A stretch of DNA of 64,000 nt from Octopus sinensis (Eukaryota), in assembly GCF_006345805.1 (NCBI RefSeq), contig NW_021833293.1, positions 1 to 64,000 on the forward strand, given 5' to 3'. The position numbers and the translations under genes are program-made. Each line of letters begins with the position of its first letter. Position 1 is the first letter of the stretch. Shown here in pieces: positions 29,081 to 41,323 of this stretch. The notes under the pieces were generated by a model that saw only the letters and a list, made by a program, of their open reading frames with translations, made no database searches and was not told where the DNA came from.

Positions 29081-30509
29081 GTCTCTATTAAAATCCGAAG
29101 AATATTATGATAGATCTGTTGTAAATCCGCCTTGCATGATCCTTCAGCGTAGCAAATACCTACAAAATTCCCAAGGTGTGAGAAGTTTTTTAAGAGACGA
29201 CATACAATGATTGAAAACCGCCAAAACAGTGAAAAAAGGTCTCGCCTAATAAAAAAAACGCTACAGATATTGAGGAAAAGCAGAAACGCTCCCATGAGGC
29301 GCAGGTGAGGCTGTGTGGTAAGAAGCATGCTTCCCAGCCTGGGTTTAGTCCCACTGCGTGGCACCTTTGGTGAGTGTCTTCTACTATAGCCTTTGATCGT
29401 GTGTGTGTGTGTGTGTGTGCGTGTGTGTGTGTGCGTGCGCGCGTGTGTGTGTGTATGTGCGTGTGCGTGTATGTGTGTGTGTGTGTGTGTATTTACCTGT
29501 GTCTGTGTTTGTACCCCAATTATCGCTTAACAACCGATGTTGGTGTAATTATATCTGTATAACACAACGGTTCGACAAAAGAGATTAATTACTAGGCTTA
29601 TAAAGAATAAGTGCTGGGGCCGGTTTTTTTCGATAAAAAACTATTTATGGAAGATTTCCAGCATGGAAATGACTGAAAGAAATAAAAGAAAAAAAGAAGG
29701 AAAAAGAATGAGCATACAAGAAAACTGGGTTATTAAAAATATAAAATCAAACCATAAAGCCCCATTATGTATGCCAAAGAAACTGCTTCTGTATATTGCA
29801 AGGTAGGGCGCCACTCCACCAAACAGATGGTTCTCGTAATCTCAGCATAGTAGGGGAGCTTGTGGCGTGGCTATACGAATTTCTAAAAGACAGAAACCAG
29901 ATGGTGATACCCATCATGACTACCTCCATTGAAAAGCATATGATGAGTGGTGTCCTACAGGGCACTTTCTTGGGGTCACTGCTATTCACATTAAGCATGC
30001 ACACAGCTGCTCAGAGATCAACCCTTGCTACCTCTGGAGATGATACAAATGTTTATCAGAGGATACAGAACCCTGGAGATGCTGCGCACATGCAACATGT
30101 GTTGAATGCGAAATACCGGTGGGCTGAAGACGTCATGCAATTTAATGCTGGAAAAAACTGAAGGTTTGCGCTACCAACACATGAAGCCGAGTGAAAGGCA
30201 GACAGGATATACTGGCCCAGGTAGGACTGCAATGCCTGGATAAAAATCAGAGCGCAACCTTGTCATTGACATGAGTAATGATGCATCTTTCCAGGTGCGT
30301 AATACTGTGTTGGCAATAAAATGCCGACGTTTGGCCTGATGGATCATTTGAACTTTCAGAACGAGAACACAGGAAATCATGATGGTTCTCTTGTGTTATT
30401 TCTTCTCAGTTGTTTAGATTCTGCACCCTACTATGATCACCATAGAATGTAAGATTAATTACGTAACTCGATGCAATAAAGTGAATCTACACAAAGAATA
30501 TCGTTACAG
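29081..30509 (+). repeat. Right arm of the inverted duplication (contains SINE 29297-29620 and an RT relic)
   Basis: Reverse complement of 26210-27657. Confidence 0.96.
29820..30161 (+). pseudogene. Decayed CR1-group reverse transcriptase fragment (right arm)
   Basis: Same RT motifs as 26586-26930. Confidence 0.85.
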
Positions 30510-30873
30510 TGCGATATGCCAGCTACTGGGAGAGATTAAAAGAGTTAAGACTCTACTTCTGAGAGAAAAGGCAGGAAAGGTATGTAATGAAAAATCATGG
30601 AAGGACTTTACCAAACTTCGTCATTGAAGGCTACTTAGAACAGAGCGTCACTGCTTAGCACCAAAAATCTCAACATTGTCATCATGAGATATTGGATCCG
30701 ATTGGTCTCAAGTGCCCACAGCTTTTCAATATTCTTACTTACTCTATGGGTGTCTTTTGCCGAACCACTTTATTACAGGGACGTAAATGCACCAAAACCT
30801 GTTGTCTAGCAGTGGCGGGAGTAAACACACACACACACACCACACAGATATATTTATATAGGTAAAGGTAAGC

Positions 30874-31522
30874 TTGCCAAAGTTTAATGCAGTTTAAATT
30901 AAGATTATTTGGTATTGGATATTCATCGCGTACATTGTTCCTAGTCAATTTAATAAACGTCGCAGGTGGGCATTCGAAATAAGTAAACAAAATCCTTTAA
31001 CAATTATAAAAAGATTTTAAAAAGTATGGAAGACCCTACATGCAAGAAATTATGTCCTTTTATGCCCATTTACGTGGGAGTTTTGGGCAAAATGTTATAG
31101 TGCATGACCATTCTTGGGACATAGTGTGTATAGTTTGATGAAAATCGGTTGTCAATCGGTTGCCAAAGATTAAAGCAGTTTAAATATGGAGATTAAGATT
31201 ATTTGGTATTGGATATTCATCGCGTACATAGTTCCTAGTCAACTTAATCACTGTTGCTGGTTGACAGACGAAATAAATAGACAAAATCCTTTCACTTTTA
31301 TAAAAAGATTAAAAGTGTTTTGAAGACTCTACATACAAAAAAGATGCCCCCCCCTATTTGTCCATTTACGCGGAAGCTCTGGGCAAAATATTATGGTGCA
31401 TGACCTTTCTCCGGACATAAGTAAATCGTTTGAATTTAGTGAAAATCGGTTGAGAATTGTGGAAATATATGTGTTAGTCATTATACACACACACACACAT
31501 ACTGTGATTCATATATACTAGA
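30874..31522 (-). mobile_element. Helitron-like non-autonomous element with an internal ~290-bp tandem duplication
   Basis: Minus strand starts A|TCTAGTATATAT..(GT)n..CAACCGATTTTCA; two diverged units start TTGCCAAAG at 30874 and 31160. Confidence 0.55.
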
Positions 31523-31548
31523 TAACAACCACACACACATACCCACAA

Positions 31549-31581
<33 letters not shown>

Positions 31582-31583
31582 AC

Positions 31584-31644
<61 letters not shown>

Positions 31645-31680
31645 GATATATATATATATATATTATATATATATATACAT

Positions 31681-31765
<85 letters not shown>

Positions 31766-31928
31766 GTATATATATATATATAATATATATATATATAGAA
31801 AATAGTAAGAGTGAAAAAACTACAGAAGGCTTAAATGTTAAAAAATATATATATTTGCGTCAATATGTCTGAAGAATATTAGAAAATTCAAAAATATTTT
31901 TTTTTTCTCTTATAATGACATAATTTAA

Positions 31929-31967
31929 AAGAAAGACCGGTTTCGCGTGTAGCTTTTCAAATTTCTT
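31929..31967 (-). ncRNA. Minimal hammerhead motif (U3-A8 variant) in the Penelope 3' repeat
   Basis: Minus strand AAGAAA-T-TTGAAAA-GC TACAC GC-GAAA-CCG-GTC-TTTCTT; palindromic stem III ACCGGT; one extra nucleotide before the core; stem II only 2 bp. Confidence 0.6.
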
Positions 31968-32345
31968 GCGACGTTATGTTTATGTTGAATAGAGTTATCG
32001 TTATTTTTATGTTCAGGAGAGTTCTAAATAAGGGGAGGTAGTGAGTGATTTCTTCCGGTGTAAGGGAGATAATCGGTTAAAAAATTTTTCCTTTCCCTTG
32101 GTGTGAATTTCTCTGTATCAGTATGTTCGGATGGTTGAATCTGGGCTTGTACTTTTCAATGAAGAATGTTTCCTTGTTTAGTCTAATTTGTGTTGATGAT
32201 CCGAAAGCACATTGGTAAAATGGAAAGATTAAAAATTGTGGTAGTAGTTGCTTTGCGCATTTCTCAATGTGCTCACTAAAAGGTATCATTCTATATTCTG
32301 GGAATGCAATCTGTTGTCGATGCAGTGTGCATCTACGTCTGAGTG

Positions 32346-33160
32346 ATAAAAACATATTGAACAGCATAAACCCAAATATACAGTTCATAATGGAATACAA
32401 CCAAAAGGAGCTCCCGTTCTTGGATATACTAATTAAAAAAATTAACCTTAAAATAGAAACAGACATCTTTTACAAAGCCACAGACGCCAAACAATAACTT
32501 CTTTTTAATTCATGCCACCCAAGACACACTAAAACAAACATCCCCTTCAACCTTGCAAGAAGGATATGCACAATAGTGTCAGAACAAAATACCAAGAACT
32601 TTAGACTGCAAGAACTCAAAAACACCCTAATTGACAGACATTACCCAGCTCAACTCATAGAGGATGGGATCAGACGTGCAACAGAAATCAACATAGAATC
32701 TTTAAGAAAAGTTCAACACAACAACACACCTTCCCCGAAAATACTACCTTACATATCTACATACAACCCCAGAAACAAAGAAGCCTTCACCATCATCACC
32801 CAGAATTTACCAATACTTCATAAAGACCCCAAATTAAAGGAAATTCTAAACATACACCAAATCATTAAAAGCTACAAACAGCCTAAATCACTTAAAAAGA
32901 TTCTCACAAAAGCAAAATTGTCTTCTGAAATTACGGATGCAAAAGTTAAAAAATGTGGTAGATCGAACTGTGCAACATGTCCTAACCTGCTAGAAGGATC
33001 AGAATTCCTCTTTAAAGAGGGACAGAAATTCAAGATCAAATCTAACTTTACTCATGCCTCTGAAAACATAATTTATGTCATAAAATGTTCGGGCTGCCAC
33101 CAAGACTACGTGGGTTCCACGGGACTATCACTCAGACGTAGATACACACTGCATCGACAA
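32346..33160 (+). pseudogene. Penelope-like RT thumb plus GIY-YIG endonuclease fragment (Neptune/Naiad-like)
   Basis: LNSINPNIQFIME...LPFLDI...TDIFYKATD, in-frame stop, SCHP...IPF...R, Cys linker KCGRSNCATC, then NIIYVIKCSGCHQDYVGSTG..LRRR. Confidence 0.92.
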
Positions 33161-33340
33161 GAGAAAAAAAAATTTTTTTCTTGAATTTTCTAATATTCTT
33201 CAGACATATTGACGCAAATATATATATTTTTTAACATTTAAGCCTTCTGTAGTTTTTTCACTCTTTACTATTTTCTATATATTCACCCACGTGCTTTCAC
33301 AAACCAACTTTCTTATCTATATATATATATATATATATAT

Positions 33341-33892
33341 GGTGGCTGCCCCCTCGTTATCGAGTATGGCCATTGCACGAAGCTTAATCAATGTTGTTAT
33401 CGTGCAATGCCTGTGCAAGAAGATTTTTTTAAAGTGAGGAAAGGCTGTGCACAGAGTCAATCCCACTCACTAAGCAAAAGCAACCATAATCCGAAAAGAA
33501 GAACAAGTCAACATCATCGGTAACCACTGAGCCGCAGGTTTTATATCGGAGTTATCCCTGTTACATGAGTTACCTTCTTCTAGAAGGAAGCCCTAACAAA
33601 AGCTAGGAGCCATTCACTCCCAATGGTTTAACAACGCGATCGGGTATTCAGTCCGATTATTTCTATGTCCCCGCACATGACACAGCCTTAAGACATTTAT
33701 TGGATGGCCGTTGACTCTGAAGAGTTCCTCCGCCCTTTGACGGGTTATGTTTTTCATCCCGCAGGGTGTCCAGTAAACACCCTCCTCACCAAGCAAGCTT
33801 GGTCGGGTTGCCGGTTTAAACGCCGACGACCCGATCATGCTACAGGGTGTACTGGGTTACATGTTACCAGTAGCACTCGAAAGTGACCTGAC
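33341..33892 (-). mobile_element. Short structured retroposon, probably RTE-derived and non-autonomous
   Basis: GC-richer, hairpin-rich block (e.g. TCGGGTCGTCGG/CCGGCAACCCGA) with an RTE-like 3' end (ACTCGATAACGAGGGGGCAGCC) abutting (TA)n. Family assignment is by recall only. Confidence 0.5.
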
Positions 33893-35204
33893 AGAAAATA
33901 AATATATACATATATATATATACATACACTTCCACATATATGTAATGTAACGGTCTTTTATAAAAGTGGCATAGCTTAAGGTCACCAACGCAATACCTCC
34001 ATATATATTCTTAGGCGAAGAAAGAAAATATATTTGAGCATATTTACTTTTTTCACTTCCATTACTTAAATATAACGACATTTTTACTATGGACCTCTAG
34101 TACTTCACTGTTGTCACACGATTGTAACAGAACACCGTAAAAATGGTTTCTTCTAGATTTTACTAAGATTTCAAATATATGTAGTAAAACGCCGCTGCGA
34201 AATGTCTCAAAATTCTGAAACACCTGCGCTCACATTTCAGAAATGCTATGTTTACGTGATAAAGTTACGATGATATCATTTCACCGTAATAAATTAATAT
34301 ACATTATATAACGCTCCGGAGAGTAAAATCTTAACAGCAGCTGGCGTGCTTATATTATATGAACGTAATAAAATGTTTCTAGATATATGTATCATTCAAA
34401 CTCTGCTGCTACTGTCTGTTAGCTGACGTTTCGACTGGAATGAAATCTGAGAAAATATTCATGTTCTTTATTTATGCATATGCATATATATATATATAAA
34501 GTGTTATATATGTGAATATATTGATACATTGTGACTAGTATAAGAAGGTTCGCTCTTGCAAATATAAAAATGGTTGATAGAAACGTTCGACTTTATTGCT
34601 GCGAGTATATAATACTAGAATTTTTATTGGTGTTTATTCCTTGGTGTATTGAGTGGAAAGAAATTATGGAATGATATTTAGAAAGTTATATAAAGCATGT
34701 TATATATGCAAATACATTTATGTATTTTGATAAAGCTACAGATGCTTGGCTCTTGCAAATACTACACTACTTAAAGGCAAATTCACTATTTCGCTTTTAG
34801 ATATTTTATGAAGAATGTAAACAAGCGTAATGAGATTTTGAAGACAGAATATAGATAGGGCGGGGGTAACAAGGAAAAAAAAAAAAGACAAAAAAAGTCA
34901 TTGCATTTATTACTCCAAGTTCCTTTTCTGTCATATTTCTAAACGTAATATTTGGAACTAATTTAGATTAGTTAAGAATTTCATTTCCATTATTAGATTT
35001 AAGTTCTGAGGTGTTTTGTTTTACATACTGAAATTTTATTTCCTAACGAAATATTTAATACATTTCTTTCAAATTTATAAGTTATGTATATTCATATTTG
35101 AATATAATGATATTGCAATTATATAATTATAATGATTATGAAATATTCCACCAATATTATCTAAATGATATTCGTATTATGCTTACAATTCATCCAAGAC
35201 TAGA

Positions 35205-35530
35205 CCCCCGTGTAATGCGTCCCCTATAAAGGCCGAGATCACATCACTTATGAATATTGCGACACAATTTCTTCACTGCAAATGGTCATGCTCTTTTCAA
35301 TGTTATCCCAAAAGAAATTAAAGTATAAAAAGACCCACACAACTTTCAAACAGTACCTGGAGAAATTCCTCCATGAAATACCGGATAAACCACCTACACC
35401 TGCATACATCTCAACCAACAGCATCTCTCTGCTTGAATGGTCCATGGTGTCCTGAAATAATTGACTAAAAGACTTTTCCTGGTGGTGCTGTTGAGTTAGT
35501 CATGGCCTGGGTCGATAATGGCCGAAAACA
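35205..35530 (+). mobile_element. CR1-group LINE 3' remnant
   Basis: Translates with a frameshift to LRHNFF..G..LFNVIPKEI / FKQYLEKFLHEIPDKP, followed by a GGTGGTGC...CATGGCC...GGCCGAAAACA tail. Confidence 0.7.
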
Positions 35531-35734
35531 GTTTAAGTTGTCTACGTTATGACATTCGTATTTTAATCTGAAAAAAAAATTGAAAGCTTTGAATAAAGTA
35601 AGGAAACATTTTCAAAATCCTATTATTCTAAATATTTCTTTCGGCATTTGACAAAAATAACATAAGAAATAAATATAATTGTTTTTATTAAATAAGCAAC
35701 ATATTAACATAGATACATATACAAAGTTTATTAA

Positions 35735-35960
35735 GGCGGCGAGCTGGCAGAAACGTTTGCACGCCGGGCGAAATGCGTAGCCGTATTTCGTCTGCCGTTA
35801 CGTTCTGAGTTCAAATTCCGCCGAGGTCGACTTTGCCTTTCATCCTTTCGGGGTCGATAAATTGAGTACCAGTTACGCACTGGGGTCGATGTAATCGACT
35901 TAATCCATTTGTCTTTCCTTGTTTGTTCCTTCTGTGTTTAGCCCCTTTTGGGTAATAAAG
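35735..35960 (+). mobile_element. tRNA-derived SINE with Deu/Nin-like central domain
   Basis: GAGTTCAAATTCC B box, then GCCTTTCATCCTTTCGGGGTCGATAAATTGAGTACCAG; degenerate relatives at ~23355-23470 (-), 38745-38820 (-), 48420-48600 (-), 48665-48860 (+) and 53030-53230 (-). Confidence 0.85.
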
Positions 35961-36938
35961 AAACACATATACACATTTTAATACACATATCCATAGAAAT
36001 ATACATGCACACATACCTAGAAACATGCCCACATAATGCCATACATATATATAGCTACACATACATACATACACACACACATACATATATGAATGTTGAA
36101 TCCAATAGCACGTGATAGCTACTAATAACCAGTTCAACAAAGAGGTAAAGAAGACCTTCAATAACCGCGATGTAACCTACCATCTCGATAATTTCACATA
36201 TAAATAACTTAACAAGCTGTAACCGACTATTCCAAAATGTCAACAAGTGTTTAAACTTCCTACACTTCTAACTGACTCTATAATATTTTATATATACATA
36301 CACCCCCACCAACAAATTCCTCACATGCACATATATATGTTATATTATAATATTATATTATATATTATATATTATTATTATCTTATATTATATATATATA
36401 TATATAAATTTATATATAGAGGGCATTATACATACATGCCAGACGGCATTATACATACATGCCAAACGCTAAGAGGGACAATCAGTCATTTCTACCAAAA
36501 ATATTACTAATCCCACCGAATGCAATTTTTCAAAGTAAGACATTTAAAATATTAGTAATATTTTTGGTAGAAATGACTGATTGTCCCTCTTAGCGTTTGG
36601 CATGTATGTATAATGCCGTCTGGCATGTATGTATAATGCCCTCTATATATAAATTAATATGTTCAATAAGAAATAATTATTTTCGAAATTTTTTCTCTTA
36701 TGAGGTTTTTACGCTATATACCTGACAATTTCTTGTTAAGTTTTCCTTATTAAGTAGTTGTCCTTAATTGCTAAATTTTTATTCCGAAAAAACTTTACCT
36801 CTCCCGAAATGCAATTCGTAAAAGTTTGCCATTTACCCGATGTAATATATGTAAACTCAACCATGTGCTTCGTTGATGTTGATCAGTTAGCTGATCGGCT
36901 TAAGCGGGGCAGGGTCGTTGTTTATTTATAATACATTC

Positions 36939-36986
36939 AGGCCTGCTGATGATTACGTAAGTATGAAATCACTGTGATACAGGTCT
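36939..36986 (+). ncRNA. Type I hammerhead ribozyme, copy 1
   Basis: AGGCCTG-CTGATGA-TTAC GTAA GTAT-GAAA-TCAC T GTGA-TA^CAGGTCT; full conserved core, predicted cleavage after 36979 (AUA); U10.1:U11.1 mismatch. Confidence 0.88.
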
Positions 36987-37413
36987 ATATTTTTAAATGT
37001 CTTACTTTGAAAAATTGCATTCGATGGGATTAGTAATATTTTTGGTAGAAATGACTGATTGTCCCTCTTAGCGTTTGGCATGTATGTATAATGCCGTCTG
37101 GCATGTTATGTATAATGCCCTCTATTATAAATTAATATGTTCAATAAGAAATAATTATTTTCGAAATTTTTTCTCTTATGAGGTTTTTACGCTATCTACT
37201 GACAATTCTTGTTAAGTTTTCCTTATTAAGTAGTTGTCCTTAATTGCTAAATTTTTATTCCGAAAAAACTTTTCCTCTCCCGAAATGCAATTCGTAAAAG
37301 TTTGCCATTTACCCGATGTAATATATGTAAACTCAACCATGTGCTTCGTTGATGTGATCAGTTAGCTGATCGGCTTAAGCGGGGCAGGGTCGTTGTTTAT
37401 TTATAATACATTC

Positions 37414-37461
37414 AGGCCTGCTGATGATTACGTAAGTATGAAATCACTGTGATACAGGTCT
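37414..37461 (+). ncRNA. Type I hammerhead ribozyme, copy 2
   Basis: Identical to copy 1, 475 nt downstream; predicted cleavage after 37454. Confidence 0.88.
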
Positions 37462-37728
37462 ATATTTTTAAATGTCTTACTTTGGAAAATTGCATTCGGT
37501 GGGATTAGTAATATTTTTGGTAGAAATGACTGATTGTCCCTCTTAGCGTTTGGCATTATGTATAATGCCGTCTGGCATGTATGTATAATGCCCTCTATAT
37601 ATAAATTAATATGTTCAATAAGAATAATTATTTTCGAAATTTTTTCTCTTATGAGGTTTTTACGCTATCTACCTGACAATTTCTTGTTAAGTTTTTGGTT
37701 TCCTCATTAAGTAGTTGTCCTTAATTGC

Positions 37729-37781
<53 letters not shown>

Positions 37782-38650
37782 ATGTGTGTGTATGTGTGTG
37801 TGTGTGTGCAAGTACCTCTGTATATATCTACTACCACTAACAACATTATTATTATCATCATCATCATCATCACATCTTCATCCTCGTCGTCGTCGACGCC
37901 ACCCTCGTCAATATCTCCCTCGCTTATCAGATGATCTAGTTACACACGCCATCTTGAATATCATTACAGATAACTTAATGGGTTGACAGGGTTGATAAGA
38001 AGCAGATCTTTAACAAAACAACAGCTGTTGCTGCTATTGTTTAACTCTACTCAGTCGTATTCTAGTAGACCTGTGACTAAAGGTATTCCATACAACATGT
38101 CTGTCTTTATAGGAAATATAAACAAGGCGATATTATCCCATGTTTTAACACAGCAGGTATGATTACAAAAAGCCTGGCGTAAATATACGTGTACTATCCA
38201 CTTTGTATTGTGTTTTTTTCCCCTTTTGCTGATGTCGTTTTTGTGGAGTTACGCTAATGGAGATCATGTTTTTTGTTGTTTTTCGCGATCTTTGTTGTTC
38301 GTGTTGATCTTGTCATGGTTTGCGTTGTTACTTGAAGTGTTAGTGAATTCGATGTTGTATCCTCAATGCCTGCAACAAGGGTTGCAGATGCATTTGACAA
38401 CAACTACAGCAACAACAGCCTCACAACAGCAGATAAAAATCTAGAACTAAAATAGATATCAGTAACAATGTCACGAACTCATGTGGTTATTATAACGGTA
38501 ATATCGTTATAATAACCCCCACCAACACCACCAACAACAGCTATAACACAACAACATTGCTGGAGACCAACAATATCTGAGAAAAGCTGTCAATCCAGTA
38601 CATTACAACTACTACTATTTTTGCTGCTTCTACTACTACTAATGCTACTC

Positions 38651-38685
<35 letters not shown>

Positions 38686-38701
38686 AATGATGATGATGAT
38701 A

Positions 38702-38736
<35 letters not shown>

Positions 38737-38825
38737 GATAATCGTTTCTATTGAAGGCATAAGGCCTGACGTTTTGGGGAAAATTTTCACTGGTACTTAA
38801 TTGATCGACCCACAAAATGATGGAA

Positions 38826-38863
<38 letters not shown>

Positions 38864-39049
38864 ATACTACTAAAGTGATGGACTATAGCCGGGTAAGTGA
38901 TGCTTATTAAAATTTATTAATGATGTATTTTAACAGTATAACATCTCTATCTCTCGCACCATACGTGTAAACACACTCGCCATATTAGGGTCCAATCAAC
39001 ATCAAACCGTATCCGTCCTCAACCACCATACACAAAAAAATGAATAAAT

Positions 39050-41275
39050 CACATAATACCCGTATTATTCACCCGAAGGATAACAAACGAAAAGTACGTA
39101 CTGAATGGCTCACGTAGGAGAAAACTACCCTATTTCCTAAATCCTCTAAACGCGCAAACCCACAAAATTACAGACCGAAAACTTGTCTCCCGCATTACAA
39201 TTTACTAAGTCTTTACTGCAATAATACCGCAGAGAATGGGCAACATTTGGAAGAAAACAACCTGTCTCCAGAAGAGCAGAAGAGATGCTTCAAGGGTTCA
39301 CACGGCTGTAAAGATCAGTTACTTATCAATAAAGCCATAACTGAAAATAGCCGCGGAAAGAATAAGTGTCTAAGTTTGACTTGGATCGATTATCAAAAGG
39401 CTTTTGAAACTATTCCCCACACAAGTATCCTAGAAAGACAAGCCATGAACAAGGTAGCACCAATAATCATAAAATATATAAAACATTCCAAAAATAAATG
39501 ACAAAGGGTGCTACAGCACCAGGCAAAAGACAGACTCATAAAAACCAAAGACATCCGCATTAGAAGTGGAATATTACAGGGAGACAAACTCTCTCCACTA
39601 TGTTTCTGTTTGGGACTAACTCTTTCATCTGACGTGCTAAACAGAACTGGATGTGGGTATAACTGTTATGACGACAAAGCAATCAACTGCCCCTTGTATA
39701 TGGATGATATATAACTGCACGATACTAATAATAAGCAGCTGGAAACATTACTACAGACAGTGCATGGACTTAGCTTAGGAAAATGTTCCAAAGCAACCTT
39801 GAAAAGAGGAAAATTAATCAAGAGTAACAACATCATACTAGATAAAGCAAATGAAATAAGACAATTAGAACTTAGCCAGACATATGAACATGAACTAGAT
39901 ACGATACAGCACACAAAAGTGAAAGAGAATATAAAAAAGGCTACTATAGACGAGTCAGAAAACAGAGCTCAAAGCGAAAAACAAGATAACAATTATCAAC
40001 ACTTTAGCTGTTCCGCTTGTAAGTTACCGCTATAATATTCTTAACTGGATACTACATGAAATACCCAAAAATAGACATGACAACAATATAATGACAGGAT
40101 CTAGGATGTATCACCCGAAATCTTACATAAAATTGTTATACATACAACGTATCGGAGGTGGTAGAGGCCTTATAGCTTGAAAGATATTACGAAATAACCA
40201 TCATAGGACTATAGAAATACCTACTTCAGAAGTAAGTGAAACTAATACGAATAGCCACAAAACATGAACAAAGCAAAATACTGCTTTCTGTCTTTAAGGA
40301 AACTGATAAATACGAAAAAGAAGCCATAGTACCTAGCAATTATGAAGAAGAAAAAAAGAAATAACAAAAACCGTAAAACAACTGAAATCCAATCTAAAAC
40401 TGGAATAGTAACATATCATGAAACGATGACAAGAAAACTCCCTGCGTGGCAAATATTCGGTTAAGCTAAACCGAAAAGAAAGAGACAAAGCAAAATCCCA
40501 ACAATGGTTGAGAAGCCCAGGACTTAAAGCAGAGACTGAAGGATGTTTAATTGCAGCACAAGATCAAAGCCTTCTCACCAGAAATAATCAAAAATGCTCA
40601 ATGAAAAGAAATAGAAGTAGCTGCAGAATATGTGGTGATGCAGAAGAATTAAATCATATTGTCTATGTCTAGCCAGTTCTGGTTAGGAACGGACATATTC
40701 AGAGACACGACAGGGTTGAGACCTATATACACTGGAAACTATGCCGGCACTACGGAATAACAACCAGAAGAGGATGGTAGGGGCACACCCCAGAAAAGTT
40801 CACAGCAACCATACTCTGGGATATGCCAATACACAGAGATAGAGGAATTAAGGCGAATAGGCCGGTTAGAGTTGTTAGAGATCGCCAAGAAAAAGAAAAC
40901 GCTTTCTAATCGATGCATCAATACCAAAAGATGACAAGGTTTCTCTAAAAGAAACGGAGAAACTTTCTAAGTACAAAAATCTGGAAATAGATGCAACTCG
41001 AATTTGAACCCTAAAAATAGAAACAATTACTATTATAGTTGCTGCATTAGGTACGATAAGTAACATTCAGACATATACATAACAAGTGCAATAGGACTTA
41101 CAAGTATATATAACATGTAAAAAATAGCACTACTAAACACCACACACATCCTACGTAAAACACTTTCAATAGAGTGAAAATAAGAGCACCACAACAAAAT
41201 ACAGCTCATATCCAAGACACATAAAGCTGTGCTCAGTATTGCAGTGAAGGCACATGATGAAAATAAGACTATTAG

Positions 41276-41276
<1 letters not shown>
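39050..41276 (+). mobile_element. Decayed 5'-truncated R4/Dong-clade non-LTR retrotransposon (RT + CCHC + RLE)
   Basis: GCKDQLLINK, WIDYQKAF, GILQGDKLSPL, LYMDDI; later AAQDQ, CRICG..EE..HI, RHDRV, ANRP, LIDASIP; many stops and frameshifts; 3' end abuts (TAA)n at 41277. Confidence 0.9.

Positions 41277-41323
<47 letters not shown>

Larger units (their letters stand above)
31796..33318. mobile_element. Rearranged Penelope-like element with inverted terminal segments, in (TA)n
   Basis: 31796-31910 is the reverse complement of ~33160-33277; 32077-32345 (-) carries the GIY-YIG C-terminus; 32346-33160 (+) carries the RT C-terminus, linker and GIY-YIG N-terminus. Confidence 0.92.
36405..37732 (+). 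mobile_element. Retrozyme-like tandem array: ~2.5 copies of a 475-bp hammerhead-containing unit plus a 5' inverted fragment
   Basis: Units start ATTAGTAATATTTTTGGTAG at 36551, ~37029 and ~37504; 36405-36550 is an inverted copy of the post-ribozyme segment; flanked by (TA)n; no ORF. Confidence 0.9.

Noticed and set aside
33660-33892. HDV-like ribozyme at the 5' end of the RTE-like element
   Set aside because: Hairpins are present, but I could not identify the nested P1/P1.1/P2/P3 pseudoknot by eye.
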